Source: Chloroflexota bacterium
Lineage (GTDB): Bacteria; Chloroflexota; Dehalococcoidia; Lucifugimonadales; UBA826
Reading direction: 5' to 3'
Assembly (NCBI GenBank): GCA_003228105.1
Contig: QGNN01000002.1
Span: forward strand, 26-64,025
DNA length: 64,000 nt
Part shown: positions 38,479-47,573 of the stretch, piece by piece
Layout of the letters: each line of letters opens with the position of its first letter
How positions within the stretch are numbered: position 1 is the stretch's first letter
Program-made: the position numbers and the translations under genes
Notes under the pieces: generated by a model
Told to the model about the DNA's origin: nothing
Database searches by the model: none
The model's input: only the letters and a program-made list of their open reading frames with translations

Positions 38479-39017
38479 TAGATTTTCCTATCACCGTGCA
38501 TTATCTGGAAATATTTTCTCGGGAAAATATCAAGCAAAAGTTGGTCGTTCAAACCGATTTGAAAATAACCCAAGTCAGAGAACCAGATCCTGCTTTTGCT
38601 CAATGGCTCTATAGGACAGTTGGTAGGGAATGGTACTGGGTTGATAGGTATTACTGGAGTTTAAGTGAATGGGAGGAATGGATTTCAGATTCATGCGTAT
38701 CTTTGTGGATCATGGAACTTTCAGGTAAACCTATTGGGTTTTATATGTTGTATCCCCAAGATAATAAAAATGTGGAAGTATCCTACTTCGGATTAATTCC
38801 GGGATACCTTGGAAGCGGGTTGGGGGGTCACCTTCTGACAAATGCTTTAGACGACGCATTTTCCATGGGAGCATCTAGGGTATGGCTGCATACTTGTAGT
38901 CTAGATCATCCATACGCTTTGTCCAATTACGAGGCGCGCGGAATGAATGTGTACAAGGTAGAAGATGACTTGCAACATATACCCGATGGGTGGCCTATAC
39001 CTGACGATCTGGCTTAA
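38475..39017 (+). CDS. GNAT-family N-acetyltransferase
   Basis: 180 aa. GLIPGYLGSGLGGHLL acetyl-CoA loop. ATGA overlap with the upstream stop. Confidence 0.75.
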   Translation: MIDFPITVHYLEIFSRENIKQKLVVQTDLKITQVREPDPAFAQWLYRTVGREWYWVDRYYWSLSEWEEWISDSCVSLWIMELSGKPIGFYMLYPQDNKNVEVSYFGLIPGYLGSGLGGHLLTNALDDAFSMGASRVWLHTCSLDHPYALSNYEARGMNVYKVEDDLQHIPDGWPIPDDLA

Positions 39018-39021
39018 AAAG

Positions 39022-39588
39022 CTAAATTACTTTTCTAAGTTTACTTAGGCTACGAAGTTCCTTTGGTGGAGTCATATGGCTGCCCCTGATCGTATATGAA
39101 ACTTCACCAGCATATATATCTCCGTGTGAATCTACACCAATACCATGAGGTGCTATGAATTTACCAGGTTCTTCACCTTCTTCAGGATGAACAATTCTCC
39201 CGAGTTTTTCACCAGAAGGGCTGATGATATTTATATTGTGTCCATGGTTAGGAAGAGTAGGATCTGCTTGTGTCATACCTGGTAGTTCGCCAATATATAT
39301 GTTTCCGTCTGGGCCGATAGTCAGCCCGTCGGGCATGAATATATTGTTTCAAACGTCTATAACATTGCCATCTCTATTAAAAACTATCACTGAATAGTCA
39401 GTATTACGGCTGAATGTGTATATTTCATCTTGTGAATCCACTGCCACTCCGGGCCTTTATATGAGTGTGGCTCCATCAGGGAGTGTTGGCCATTGGTCTA
39501 CGGTTTCATATTTAAAATTACCAATGCCTACCGTAACACTCCTTTTGTTCCTTGCTATTGTGAAAATATATTTCTCTACGCTGAACAT
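39022..39588 (-). pseudogene. decayed paralog of the NHL propeller gene: two in-frame stops plus an internal deletion
   Basis: One frame from the ATG at 39588 reads ...VTVGIGNFKYETVDQWPTLPDGATLI-TAA(39457)-RPGVAVDSQDEIYTFSRNTDYSVIVFNRDGNVIDV-TGA(39349)-NNIFMPDGLTIGPDGNIYIGE.... It aligns to the N- and C-terminal blades of 5898..6815, and the TGA sits where that paralog has Trp. The middle blades are missing. Confidence 0.7.
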
Positions 39589-39650
39589 AACATTAGCTAG
39601 AAACACAGTCATTTTGTTGAAATACACAAAAACAGTTTATTATTCTAATG

Positions 39651-39680
39651 TTGAAAACAGAACATAAGTTCTATTATAAT
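39651..39680 (+). promoter_or_regulatory. sigma70-like promoter (TTGAAA, 18 nt, TATAAT) with an embedded LexA (SOS/Cheo-type) box AGAACATAAGTTCT at 39659-39672
   Basis: Perfect GAAC-N4-GTTC palindrome between the -35 and -10 hexamers, 52 nt upstream of the imuB ATG. Confidence 0.65.
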
Positions 39681-39723
39681 TACACTCTTAACTTTATTCG
39701 CACATGAAAATGAATTTAATAAT

Positions 39724-41193
39724 ATGTCTAACAGAAATTCTAAAATCGGATGCCTTTTAATAACTCATTTTGGGGTTAAATCAGAGATTAATAAAAACCC
39801 TGCACTCTCCGATAATGAGATTATTTTATATTCTTGCGAATCTTCTAAATTACCTGTAGTTGAAGATTTTTCTAAAACTATAAAGAATATTTCAAAAGGA
39901 ATTCCACTTTCATCGGCATTGTCTAGATATCCAGATTCCGTAAGATTTGAATTTGATCGTAAAAATTATGAACAAATCTTTGCTTCAGTCATATCAAATA
40001 TTGCACGAATAACTCCAAAAATTGAGAGATCAGGTTTGGGGATTATTTATTTAAATATACATGGGTTGAGTGAAATGTATGGAAGTGAAGCTAAATTAGT
40101 TACCCATATATTGGATTCAATTCCATATTTTCTAGAACCAAGATTTGGGATATCTGTAAATAAATTTTCTGCATATGCCGCAGCCATTTCTTCTACCCCG
40201 GGTGGGTCTACAAAAATATTGAAAAATATCGATGCTTTTTTAGCTACTTTCAATGTGGATATATTACCTGTAAAAAAAAGCACTATTATTAATTTCCATA
40301 AATTTGGCATGCATACAATTGGTGATATAGCGGCTCAAGATTACGGGTTGATTTATTCTAAATTTGGGGATGACGGTTCTAGAGCCTTATCGCTGTCTCG
40401 CGCTGAAAATAGTGATTACATTTCTTTTAATAAACCTGTTCAGAATATAACTGAACACGTATCTTTACCATTTCCTTCTGATTCTCTTTCGATTCTTTTT
40501 ACAACGTTAGATTTTTTGATACAGAAGGCTTTTATGCGATCTGTGTTGAAAAATAAATACGTTAGAAAAATATCTATTTTGCTTGAACTTGTTGGATCTC
40601 AAGTTTGGATCAAGAATTTGATCTTAAAAAGACCGCTTGGTAATTCCAATGATTTATGTTTATTACTTAGATCAGAGTTAGAAGATTTGGAATTGCCCGG
40701 ATCAGTTGACGATATCTCGATTACAATTTCAGATTTTGTTGGAGAGCATGGTATTCAATATCGTGCTTTCAAAGAAATTCACGATCACCTTGATGGACAG
40801 AGAGATCAGTTGATTAAAGTAGACCGTCACATTCGCAAAAAAATACCTGCCAAAAACTCTCTTTACAAGCTCCTTACTGTGAATGCAGAGCATCCGGTTC
40901 CTGAGCGAAGGGCATTACAGATTTCTATAGACCCTGATACGGAATTTTCTGTTAGGTCTATTAATCTACCTCAAAAAATCACAGTTCAAGAGGTAAATAA
41001 TACCCCTAAATTTCTATCTTTACCTAATGGAGATAATCTAAAAGTTAAAGTTTTAGACATCTGGAAGATTGACTTATGGTGGATCCCGGATCCGATTAGT
41101 CGTACCTATTATAGTATCAGTACATCTGACCATAAGATCATGACGATATTTAAAGATAGTGTTGGAAAACGTTGGTATCGTCAAAACTACTGA
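39724..41193 (+). CDS. imuB: ImuB, catalytically inactive Y-family polymerase-like protein of the SOS mutagenesis cassette
   Basis: 489 aa, Y-family-like layout. The catalytic acidic motifs are replaced (CLLITHFGV for DMDxF; IYLNIHGL for SIDE). Immediately precedes and overlaps dnaE2. Confidence 0.7.
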   Translation: MSNRNSKIGCLLITHFGVKSEINKNPALSDNEIILYSCESSKLPVVEDFSKTIKNISKGIPLSSALSRYPDSVRFEFDRKNYEQIFASVISNIARITPKIERSGLGIIYLNIHGLSEMYGSEAKLVTHILDSIPYFLEPRFGISVNKFSAYAAAISSTPGGSTKILKNIDAFLATFNVDILPVKKSTIINFHKFGMHTIGDIAAQDYGLIYSKFGDDGSRALSLSRAENSDYISFNKPVQNITEHVSLPFPSDSLSILFTTLDFLIQKAFMRSVLKNKYVRKISILLELVGSQVWIKNLILKRPLGNSNDLCLLLRSELEDLELPGSVDDISITISDFVGEHGIQYRAFKEIHDHLDGQRDQLIKVDRHIRKKIPAKNSLYKLLTVNAEHPVPERRALQISIDPDTEFSVRSINLPQKITVQEVNNTPKFLSLPNGDNLKVKVLDIWKIDLWWIPDPISRTYYSISTSDHKIMTIFKDSVGKRWYRQNY

Positions 41194-44100
41194 TGCACGC
41201 TAGCTCTAAATATGTGGAACTACATGCGCATAGTTTTTACTCTTTTGGTGAAGGGGCTTCTCATATAGATGAACTCCTTACTAGAGCTTATGAACTAGCC
41301 TATCCTGCGATGGCGCTTACGGATTACAACATGTGTGGGGCTTTAGAATTCTCTAGGCAATCTGATCATTTTGGGATAAAACCTATAACGGGTGCTGAAA
41401 TCATCCTCGAGGATGATTCTCACATAGTTTTACTAGCTAAGAACAGGATCGGATATTCCAACATATCACGATTACTCACTTTAGCTAATGGATCGGACCG
41501 TAGGGAACCCAGGTTAGACCCTATGCATATACCTGAATATGCCTCTGGAATCATACTACTTACTGGTGCACAGAATGGCCTAATTTCCAATGCTATTAAA
41601 GAACACAAAATAGAAAAAGCAAAAATCATGCTTAATAAATATAGGGAGTATTTTGAAGATGATTCCATCTATATAGAGTTAAATCGTAACTTTATGTATG
41701 GTGATTCTAATCGTATAAATTCATTAATTTCTATAGGGTCCGATATGAAACTTCCGTTAGTTGCAACTAATAATGTTCATTACCATATTGCTGATAGATA
41801 CAAGTTACAAAATGCACTCACTTCAATTAGAAGTAATACGAATTTAGATAAATTAACCCACCTTCTTAAGATAAATTCCGAATTTTATCTAAAATCAGAA
41901 TCACAAATGCAACGGTTGTTTAAATCTATACCCAAGGCCCTTACAAATACACTCGCTATATCTGATATGTGCGAATTCAATTTATCTTCTGATCTTGGTT
42001 ATGAACTACCCTCACCCAGTGTTCCAGATGGATTTACTCCTTTTACGTACCTTAGTCACCTTTGTTATGAAGCTGCACAAAGACGCTATGGCGAGGTGAA
42101 TAATTCTGTAGACAATAGATTGAGAGAGGAGTTGAGACTTATAAAAAAACATAACTTAGCAGGCTTTATGCTTTTATACCGGGAAATCGTTCTTATAGCA
42201 CGAGAAATAAGTGTTGATATGGGTAAATTGGATTCAGAGGAACCTATAGAAATTAGGTCACCTGGAAGAGGTAGGGGATCTTCGGTTGCCATGCTAACTG
42301 GATATTTAATAGGTATATCTCATGTCGACCCTTTATTGTACAACTTAACGTTAGAGAGATTTGTACCAGAAGATTTAAAAACATTACCTGACATAGATAT
42401 AGATTTTCCTAGATCAATAAGAGAGAAATTAATACCGAGAATTCATGAATATTTTGGACCTCAGTTTGCAGTGCTCACAGGTATGATAACTAGGTATAAA
42501 CTAAAGGGAATTTTAAAAGATTTAGGTAAAGTTTTCGGAATACCAGATGCAGATATCAGTAATCTTTCAAAAAAAATTCATACTTCAGATCCTACCTCCT
42601 TGAAAGATGAGATGTTGTCTATTCCAGAATTTAAAAATGCTGTTGATTTACCAGAATGGAAAAATATTATTTCTCTTGCCTCTCAGCTTAAAAATGCTCC
42701 CAAGGCTTTGGGTCAGCATGTAGGGGGAATGGTTCTAAGTTCCTCTCCCATTTCAGATATGGTCCCTTTTAGAAAGAGTGCACTCGAAGGTAGATACATC
42801 ATTGATTGGGATAAAGATAGTGTTGCTGATGCAGGGTTTGCAAAAATAGACATACTCTCTCTTCCTGTTTTGGATCAAATAGATGAATCCATATCTTTAA
42901 TTCGAGATACAACAGGTAAGTTAGTTGACATTAGCCAGATAGATCCAAAAGATAATAAGGTCTTTGACATGATAAACACAGGTTTGTCAAAAGGTGTGTT
43001 TCTTCTCCAATCACCTGCACAGTTAAAGATGGGCCAACGTCTTCTATCAAGAAGTTTAAATGACCTTGCTTATCAAGTTGCTTTAATAAGACCTGGAGTA
43101 GGTGTGCAGGGGAATTCAGTTTCACAATTTGTGGAACGCTATCAACATGGAATATCGTGGCAATATGATCATCATCTAGAACAACGTGCTCTTGAGCGGA
43201 CTTGTGGGATTATTGTGTGGCAGGAACAGGTAGTACAGCTAATATCGGATATATCAGGAATAAGTCAGGCTGAATCAGATGAGATACGGAGAGGATTTGC
43301 TAAAACTAATAATGAGGGTCTCATTAAAGCTTACTGGGAGAAATTTGTAAAAGGTGCCATTAAAAATGGGGTTTCAGAAGAGATAGCTTACAAAATATTT
43401 TCTAAAATAAACGGGCAATATATGTTTCCGGAGTCTCACTCTCATGCTTTTGCTGTTTCAGCGTACCAGTCAGCGTGGCTAAAAACTCATTATCCATTAG
43501 AGTTCTATGTCAGTCTTATGAATAATCAGCCTATGGGATTTTATCCTTTGGAGACTATTAAACAAGATGCGAGGAAATTTGGAGTCGATTTTTATAACCC
43601 TGATATTAATCATAGCCAAAACAAATGTACGGTTAACGGCAATTCACTTTTAATTGGGTTGGAATTTGTTAAAGATATTGGGATACAGAATTCTAAAAAT
43701 ATTATAGATGAGCGTGATGTTCGAGGTCCTTTTAATTCTATGGGTGATTTTATTCGCAGGGTTCAAATAAAACCAGATTCAGTGGAATCATTAATTTTTT
43801 CTGGAGCATTTGATTCGCTTATATCTAATCGTAGACTGGCTTTATGGGAATCAGGACTTTATAAAGGTCCATCTGGGGCGCAAATAACTTTACCTATTTC
43901 AATGGACGACAATATACCTAGCTTAGTCGACTTTTCCAGCTATGAAAAAATGATATTGGAATATAAGGTCCTAAATATGTACCCTAAAGGCCATATCATG
44001 GATTTTATTAGGCCTTTTCTGCCTTCGGATGTTTCGAGTACTTACGAGGTTTATTCAATGAGAGAGGGTGAATTAGTATCTGTGTGTGGAATAGGAATTG

Positions 44101-44342
44101 CTAGGCAACATCCAAGAGGGCATAAGGGGACCATCTTTGTTACCGTAGAGGATGAAAGTTCAGATATTCAATTAATACTTTGGCCGGACATATACAAAAA
44201 ATATATGAAGGTTTTAGAAGACCCTATTATTTTGGCTACAGGAAAAATATCACAACAGGATGGTACTACTAGTGTGGTTGTATCTCATTTAGAAACCCTA
44301 GAACCGAAGATTGGATTACCTTCTGCACATAATTGGTACTAA
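41193..44342 (+). CDS. dnaE2: error-prone DNA polymerase III alpha-like subunit DnaE2 (ImuC)
   Basis: PHP domain YVELHAHSFYSFGEGAS, pol III alpha core, C-terminal OB fold; about 1050 aa. The ATG at 41193 overlaps the imuB TGA (TGATG). The track ORF opens at the TTG at 41172. Confidence 0.85.
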   Translation: MHASSKYVELHAHSFYSFGEGASHIDELLTRAYELAYPAMALTDYNMCGALEFSRQSDHFGIKPITGAEIILEDDSHIVLLAKNRIGYSNISRLLTLANGSDRREPRLDPMHIPEYASGIILLTGAQNGLISNAIKEHKIEKAKIMLNKYREYFEDDSIYIELNRNFMYGDSNRINSLISIGSDMKLPLVATNNVHYHIADRYKLQNALTSIRSNTNLDKLTHLLKINSEFYLKSESQMQRLFKSIPKALTNTLAISDMCEFNLSSDLGYELPSPSVPDGFTPFTYLSHLCYEAAQRRYGEVNNSVDNRLREELRLIKKHNLAGFMLLYREIVLIAREISVDMGKLDSEEPIEIRSPGRGRGSSVAMLTGYLIGISHVDPLLYNLTLERFVPEDLKTLPDIDIDFPRSIREKLIPRIHEYFGPQFAVLTGMITRYKLKGILKDLGKVFGIPDADISNLSKKIHTSDPTSLKDEMLSIPEFKNAVDLPEWKNIISLASQLKNAPKALGQHVGGMVLSSSPISDMVPFRKSALEGRYIIDWDKDSVADAGFAKIDILSLPVLDQIDESISLIRDTTGKLVDISQIDPKDNKVFDMINTGLSKGVFLLQSPAQLKMGQRLLSRSLNDLAYQVALIRPGVGVQGNSVSQFVERYQHGISWQYDHHLEQRALERTCGIIVWQEQVVQLISDISGISQAESDEIRRGFAKTNNEGLIKAYWEKFVKGAIKNGVSEEIAYKIFSKINGQYMFPESHSHAFAVSAYQSAWLKTHYPLEFYVSLMNNQPMGFYPLETIKQDARKFGVDFYNPDINHSQNKCTVNGNSLLIGLEFVKDIGIQNSKNIIDERDVRGPFNSMGDFIRRVQIKPDSVESLIFSGAFDSLISNRRLALWESGLYKGPSGAQITLPISMDDNIPSLVDFSSYEKMILEYKVLNMYPKGHIMDFIRPFLPSDVSSTYEVYSMREGELVSVCGIGIARQHPRGHKGTIFVTVEDESSDIQLILWPDIYKKYMKVLEDPIILATGKISQQDGTTSVVVSHLETLEPKIGLPSAHNWY

Positions 44343-44361
44343 TTTCCAGTTAGAGAGATAT

Positions 44362-44985
44362 CTAATTGGTGGCTAAGAGCTCTCTCACAATATTTCTTTC
44401 AAGTTCCAGACCCAGCATGGTAGTGAGCTCTGTTCTACCATGGTCACCAATAGTTACTACAAAAGAAACTCCTAAAAGACGGCCAATTTTAAAATCGATG
44501 ACAGTCGTGGATAATATTCCCTCCTCACCAGATTGAACCGCTCTTATCCCAACGGATCTGTCGTAAAAATCATCGATTTCGAGTTCTTCAACAGCAACTA
44601 AAGTTTGGTTTTCTCCAATTTCATTACCTACGTTATTTCTAAATTGTGTAACAAACGTATCTGTCATCCATTTTTCAGAGTATTTTTGGTCTTTGAAAAG
44701 GTGAACAACTGTAGCGGCCACAATATCTGAACCATCCTCACTTTGTGGTACCGCAGACGGTGAGGCGAATTCCCTTAAGTACCCAGTAAGTCGACCTTCC
44801 TCATCATATCTTTCTTTTGTATTACCAGGGAATCCGTGAATGGCCATGGTTTTATTATCCAAAATACTCTCTCTGAGTAGTGAGAATCCAGCCAGCTCAT
44901 TTGGAAGCTGACCTAAATCCAAGGTCATATTTTGGAGTGATTCACTTGAGAGTTCGTATGTTGCTTGCGCTAATGAATTCGTCAT
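44362..44985 (-). CDS. hypothetical protein
   Basis: The ORF is open to 45117, but the first 44 codons look non-coding. I prefer the ATG at 44985 (MTNSLAQATYELSS...). No family recognised. Confidence 0.45.
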   Translation of the reverse strand: MTNSLAQATYELSSESLQNMTLDLGQLPNELAGFSLLRESILDNKTMAIHGFPGNTKERYDEEGRLTGYLREFASPSAVPQSEDGSDIVAATVVHLFKDQKYSEKWMTDTFVTQFRNNVGNEIGENQTLVAVEELEIDDFYDRSVGIRAVQSGEEGILSTTVIDFKIGRLLGVSFVVTIGDHGRTELTTMLGLELERNIVRELLATN

Positions 44986-45152
44986 TTTTATTACTGTTAA
45001 CTTTTTAGCCCACATCAATGTACACCTTAAGTATAAACTGTTGCCCATATCGTAGGTAACTGCTAAGCAGATGTTAAAAGGCTCGCTAAGTGCTTTGAAC
45101 ATGCACCTGTAGTGCACCGTTATGCTCTATCAGTCAAAACTTCGACACCTGA

Positions 45153-45431
45153 TATGCCAGAAGCAAGGTCACACTAGTCCGAGATAATTTTAAGGATGAA
45201 AATATTCTTATCACTGGAGGAAACCCGGACTATAACACCCCTTCAGTCACCGCAGAATTATTCGATATAAAATCTGGGCAGTGGAAATCGGATGGAAGTA
45301 TGAGGGAAGCAAGGATGGCCCATGTGTCTTATCAGGTTGATAGTAAAAATGGGTTTAATTGCCCTGATTTTAATATTCATGGCGAGGTATTTATCATGGA
45401 AGGATATGGTCTGAGTGTGATGGACTCTTAA
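45153..45431 (+). pseudogene. start-less Kelch-repeat fragment
   Basis: My translation: ...KDENILITGGNPDYNTPSVTAELFDIKSGQWKSDGSMREARMAHVS... matches the Kelch blade pattern (vLv-GG...aElyD...g-W...gsM..aR..H). An out-of-frame MPEARSH lies just upstream. There is no start codon or N-terminus. Confidence 0.35.
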
Positions 45432-45434
45432 GGA

Positions 45435-45470
45435 AGTTGAAATCTTCGGTGGTAGAGGAAGATTTCAACT
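45435..45470. repeat. perfect 13-bp inverted repeat (hairpin) at the junction of two gene relics
   Basis: agttgaaatcttc (45435-45447), 10-nt loop, gaagatttcaact (45458-45470). No T-tract follows. Confidence 0.85.
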
Positions 45471-45492
45471 GTCTCCTACGCGACCACTGACA

Positions 45493-46517
45493 TTGATGTC
45501 GATAGGTATAGTTGAAACTGTTCCCCAAAAAAAATTAACTTCCGGTTCTATTTTGATAGATAGCGTGAGGGTAAGGCTGGCAACCGGTGAAGTGGTTAAT
45601 TTGGAAGATTTCAGGGATATTGATGATTGGCAAATAATAGATTCATCAATATCGTCCTCAAACGATAGGTTAGGAAGTTCAGAAATAAGTGCGAAATCAG
45701 ATTCTTCAGCTATTTTTACCTGGTCGGAAGGTCCTCCAATTACAATGCGAGGTATTTATCCTTCTACGAATTTAAAATCTATTTCCGCCATCGTTAATTC
45801 CGATTTCTTAATTAACACCCAATATTCTTTGGGCGATCAGCTAAAGTTATCGGTACATGGTCACCGAATTGATGTGGTATTACGTGATAAAGTCAGGTAT
45901 TTTCCTACCATTAATCCTATCGAGGACGATTTTATAGTAGTTGGGCTGGATTCACTGATTCACAGGCTTAATATTGGTTCTTTGTTCGGAAGTACCGATC
46001 CAAATGAATTTTGGATCGATTACGAGGACGGAATTACAAATGAAACGAAGAAGGGACTCAAAGAGAATTTGATTAATGATCCTCCTTTTCCCTATGGTAA
46101 ATTATGGGATACAGAATCCATGCTTGAGATCAATTGCGTTGACCCATTAGTCAAAGCTGGTTGGCATGCCATATTGGTAATCGTTTTTGGTTCCAGTTCG
46201 CGTTACTTAGAACCCTTGGGTTTTCTACCCGTCAGCTCATAACAACTATTTGGGTGGAACAGGTTTTAATAATCACGCTAGGAATGATTATTGGAACCTG
46301 GATGGGAGGAAGGTTATCAGAGGCGGTTATGCCGTTTTTGAGCAGTGATGATTATGGGAACCAGGTAATTCCACCGTTTGTGATACAAGTAGATTGGGTT
46401 AATCTATTGATAACTTATGGGGTGATGATCCTAATTTTTGCTGCCGTCATAGGATCCCTGATTTTCTTAGCACGGAGACTCGTATTAAACAAAATGTTGA
46501 GTCTTGGAGACACTTAA
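45493..46517 (+). pseudogene. 3' part of an FtsX-family ABC-transporter permease, frameshifted near 46170-46240 and lacking its 5' part
   Basis: Track ORFs 45493..46242 (periplasmic-domain-like, ...AIVNSDFLINTQYSLGDQLKL...) and 46161..46517 (FALLRTLGFSTRQLITTIWVEQVLIITLGMIIGTWMGG, the FtsX motif) overlap in different frames. The TM1-to-LRxLG spacing is too short. Confidence 0.6.
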
Positions 46518-47440
46518 CTCAAAATGGAATTTTCAAAATCCCTGTGACCTCTGGCAAAGTCAGTTGCCGAAGTAATTTTTGAACCTTCGCTTTGTATTTG
46601 CGACAGGAGTAAGGAACCATCAGAAGTGCCAACATACACTGCATTTCCATGAATTGAGACGCACCCGGGAGGTGATTTGTAATTTTCTGAAATTCTTGCT
46701 TCTATGATTTTTAAATTTCCCCCATTGAAATGAGTGTATGAACCAGGCCAAGGGTGATGTGCCCTGATTTTTTTCCATATTACTTCAGCTCCTTCTTTCC
46801 AATCTACCAGACCGTCTTTACGGACTAGTTTTTTTGTATACGTGGCATTTTCATGATTCTGTTGTCGGGATACTATTGTCCCTTTAGCCAGTTTTGAAAT
46901 TGTTTCTACTATTAAGTCGGAACCTATATAAAATAATTTCTCTGTTAATTCGTTACACAGATCCTCTTCACCGATTGGGGTCTCTTTTTGGGCTAGTATA
47001 GGGCCCGAATCCATTCCGGAATCTAGTTGCATAATTGTAATTCCAGTAACTTTTTCCGATTCAAGAATAGCTGTAGATACGGGTGAAGCTCCTCGGTATT
47101 TTGGCAGTAGAGACGGGTGGAGGTTTATGCAACCATGTGGAAACATACCCAATATTTCAGATGGCAGGAGTGTTCCATATGCGGCAACTACAGCGATGTC
47201 GGCTTTAAAATTGTCTAATGTATGAACCTGGGAAGGTTCACCTCGAAAATTTCCCGGCTGTAACACCTGGAAATTTTTAGATATAGCATGCTTCTTTACC
47301 GCACTCATGGTGATTTTTCTTCCTCGACCTGAAGTTCTGTCCGGTTGGGTGTAGACAGCTACTATGTCGTGACCATTAGCTGAAATTTTGTCTAGAACAG
47401 GGATGGCGAAATACGGTGTCCCCATAAATACTATTTTCAT
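46514..47440 (-). CDS. fmt: methionyl-tRNA formyltransferase
   Basis: 308 aa. MKIVFMGTPYFAIPVL, INLHPSLLPKYRGASP. Confidence 0.9.
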   Translation of the reverse strand: MKIVFMGTPYFAIPVLDKISANGHDIVAVYTQPDRTSGRGRKITMSAVKKHAISKNFQVLQPGNFRGEPSQVHTLDNFKADIAVVAAYGTLLPSEILGMFPHGCINLHPSLLPKYRGASPVSTAILESEKVTGITIMQLDSGMDSGPILAQKETPIGEEDLCNELTEKLFYIGSDLIVETISKLAKGTIVSRQQNHENATYTKKLVRKDGLVDWKEGAEVIWKKIRAHHPWPGSYTHFNGGNLKIIEARISENYKSPPGCVSIHGNAVYVGTSDGSLLLSQIQSEGSKITSATDFARGHRDFENSILS

Positions 47441-47573
47441 AAATAAAATTAACTCCTGCGGTCGGGCTTATGAATTATAAGACCCTCTATCCCTTTGTGG
47501 ATATTTTGTGGGACTATTAAAGTAAGACTTTTGCTGATGGTTCTTTTCTAGTTTGTCAGGGAATGCCAGTTAA

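Noticed and set aside
39349-39351. TGA at a Trp position in the NHL relic as TGA-to-Trp recoding or Sec
   Set aside because: The same frame also contains a TAA, and the middle blades are missing. TGA terminates several intact genes in the window, so ordinary decay explains it.
39416-39667. 83-aa plus-strand ORF upstream of imuB
   Set aside because: It lies antisense to the N-terminal part of the NHL pseudogene and runs into the imuB promoter and LexA box. It has no SD and no recognisable fold.
41172-41192. TTG at 41172 as the dnaE2 start
   Set aside because: The ATG at 41193 overlaps the imuB stop (TGATG) and immediately precedes the conserved PHP-domain start. TTG remains possible but is less likely.
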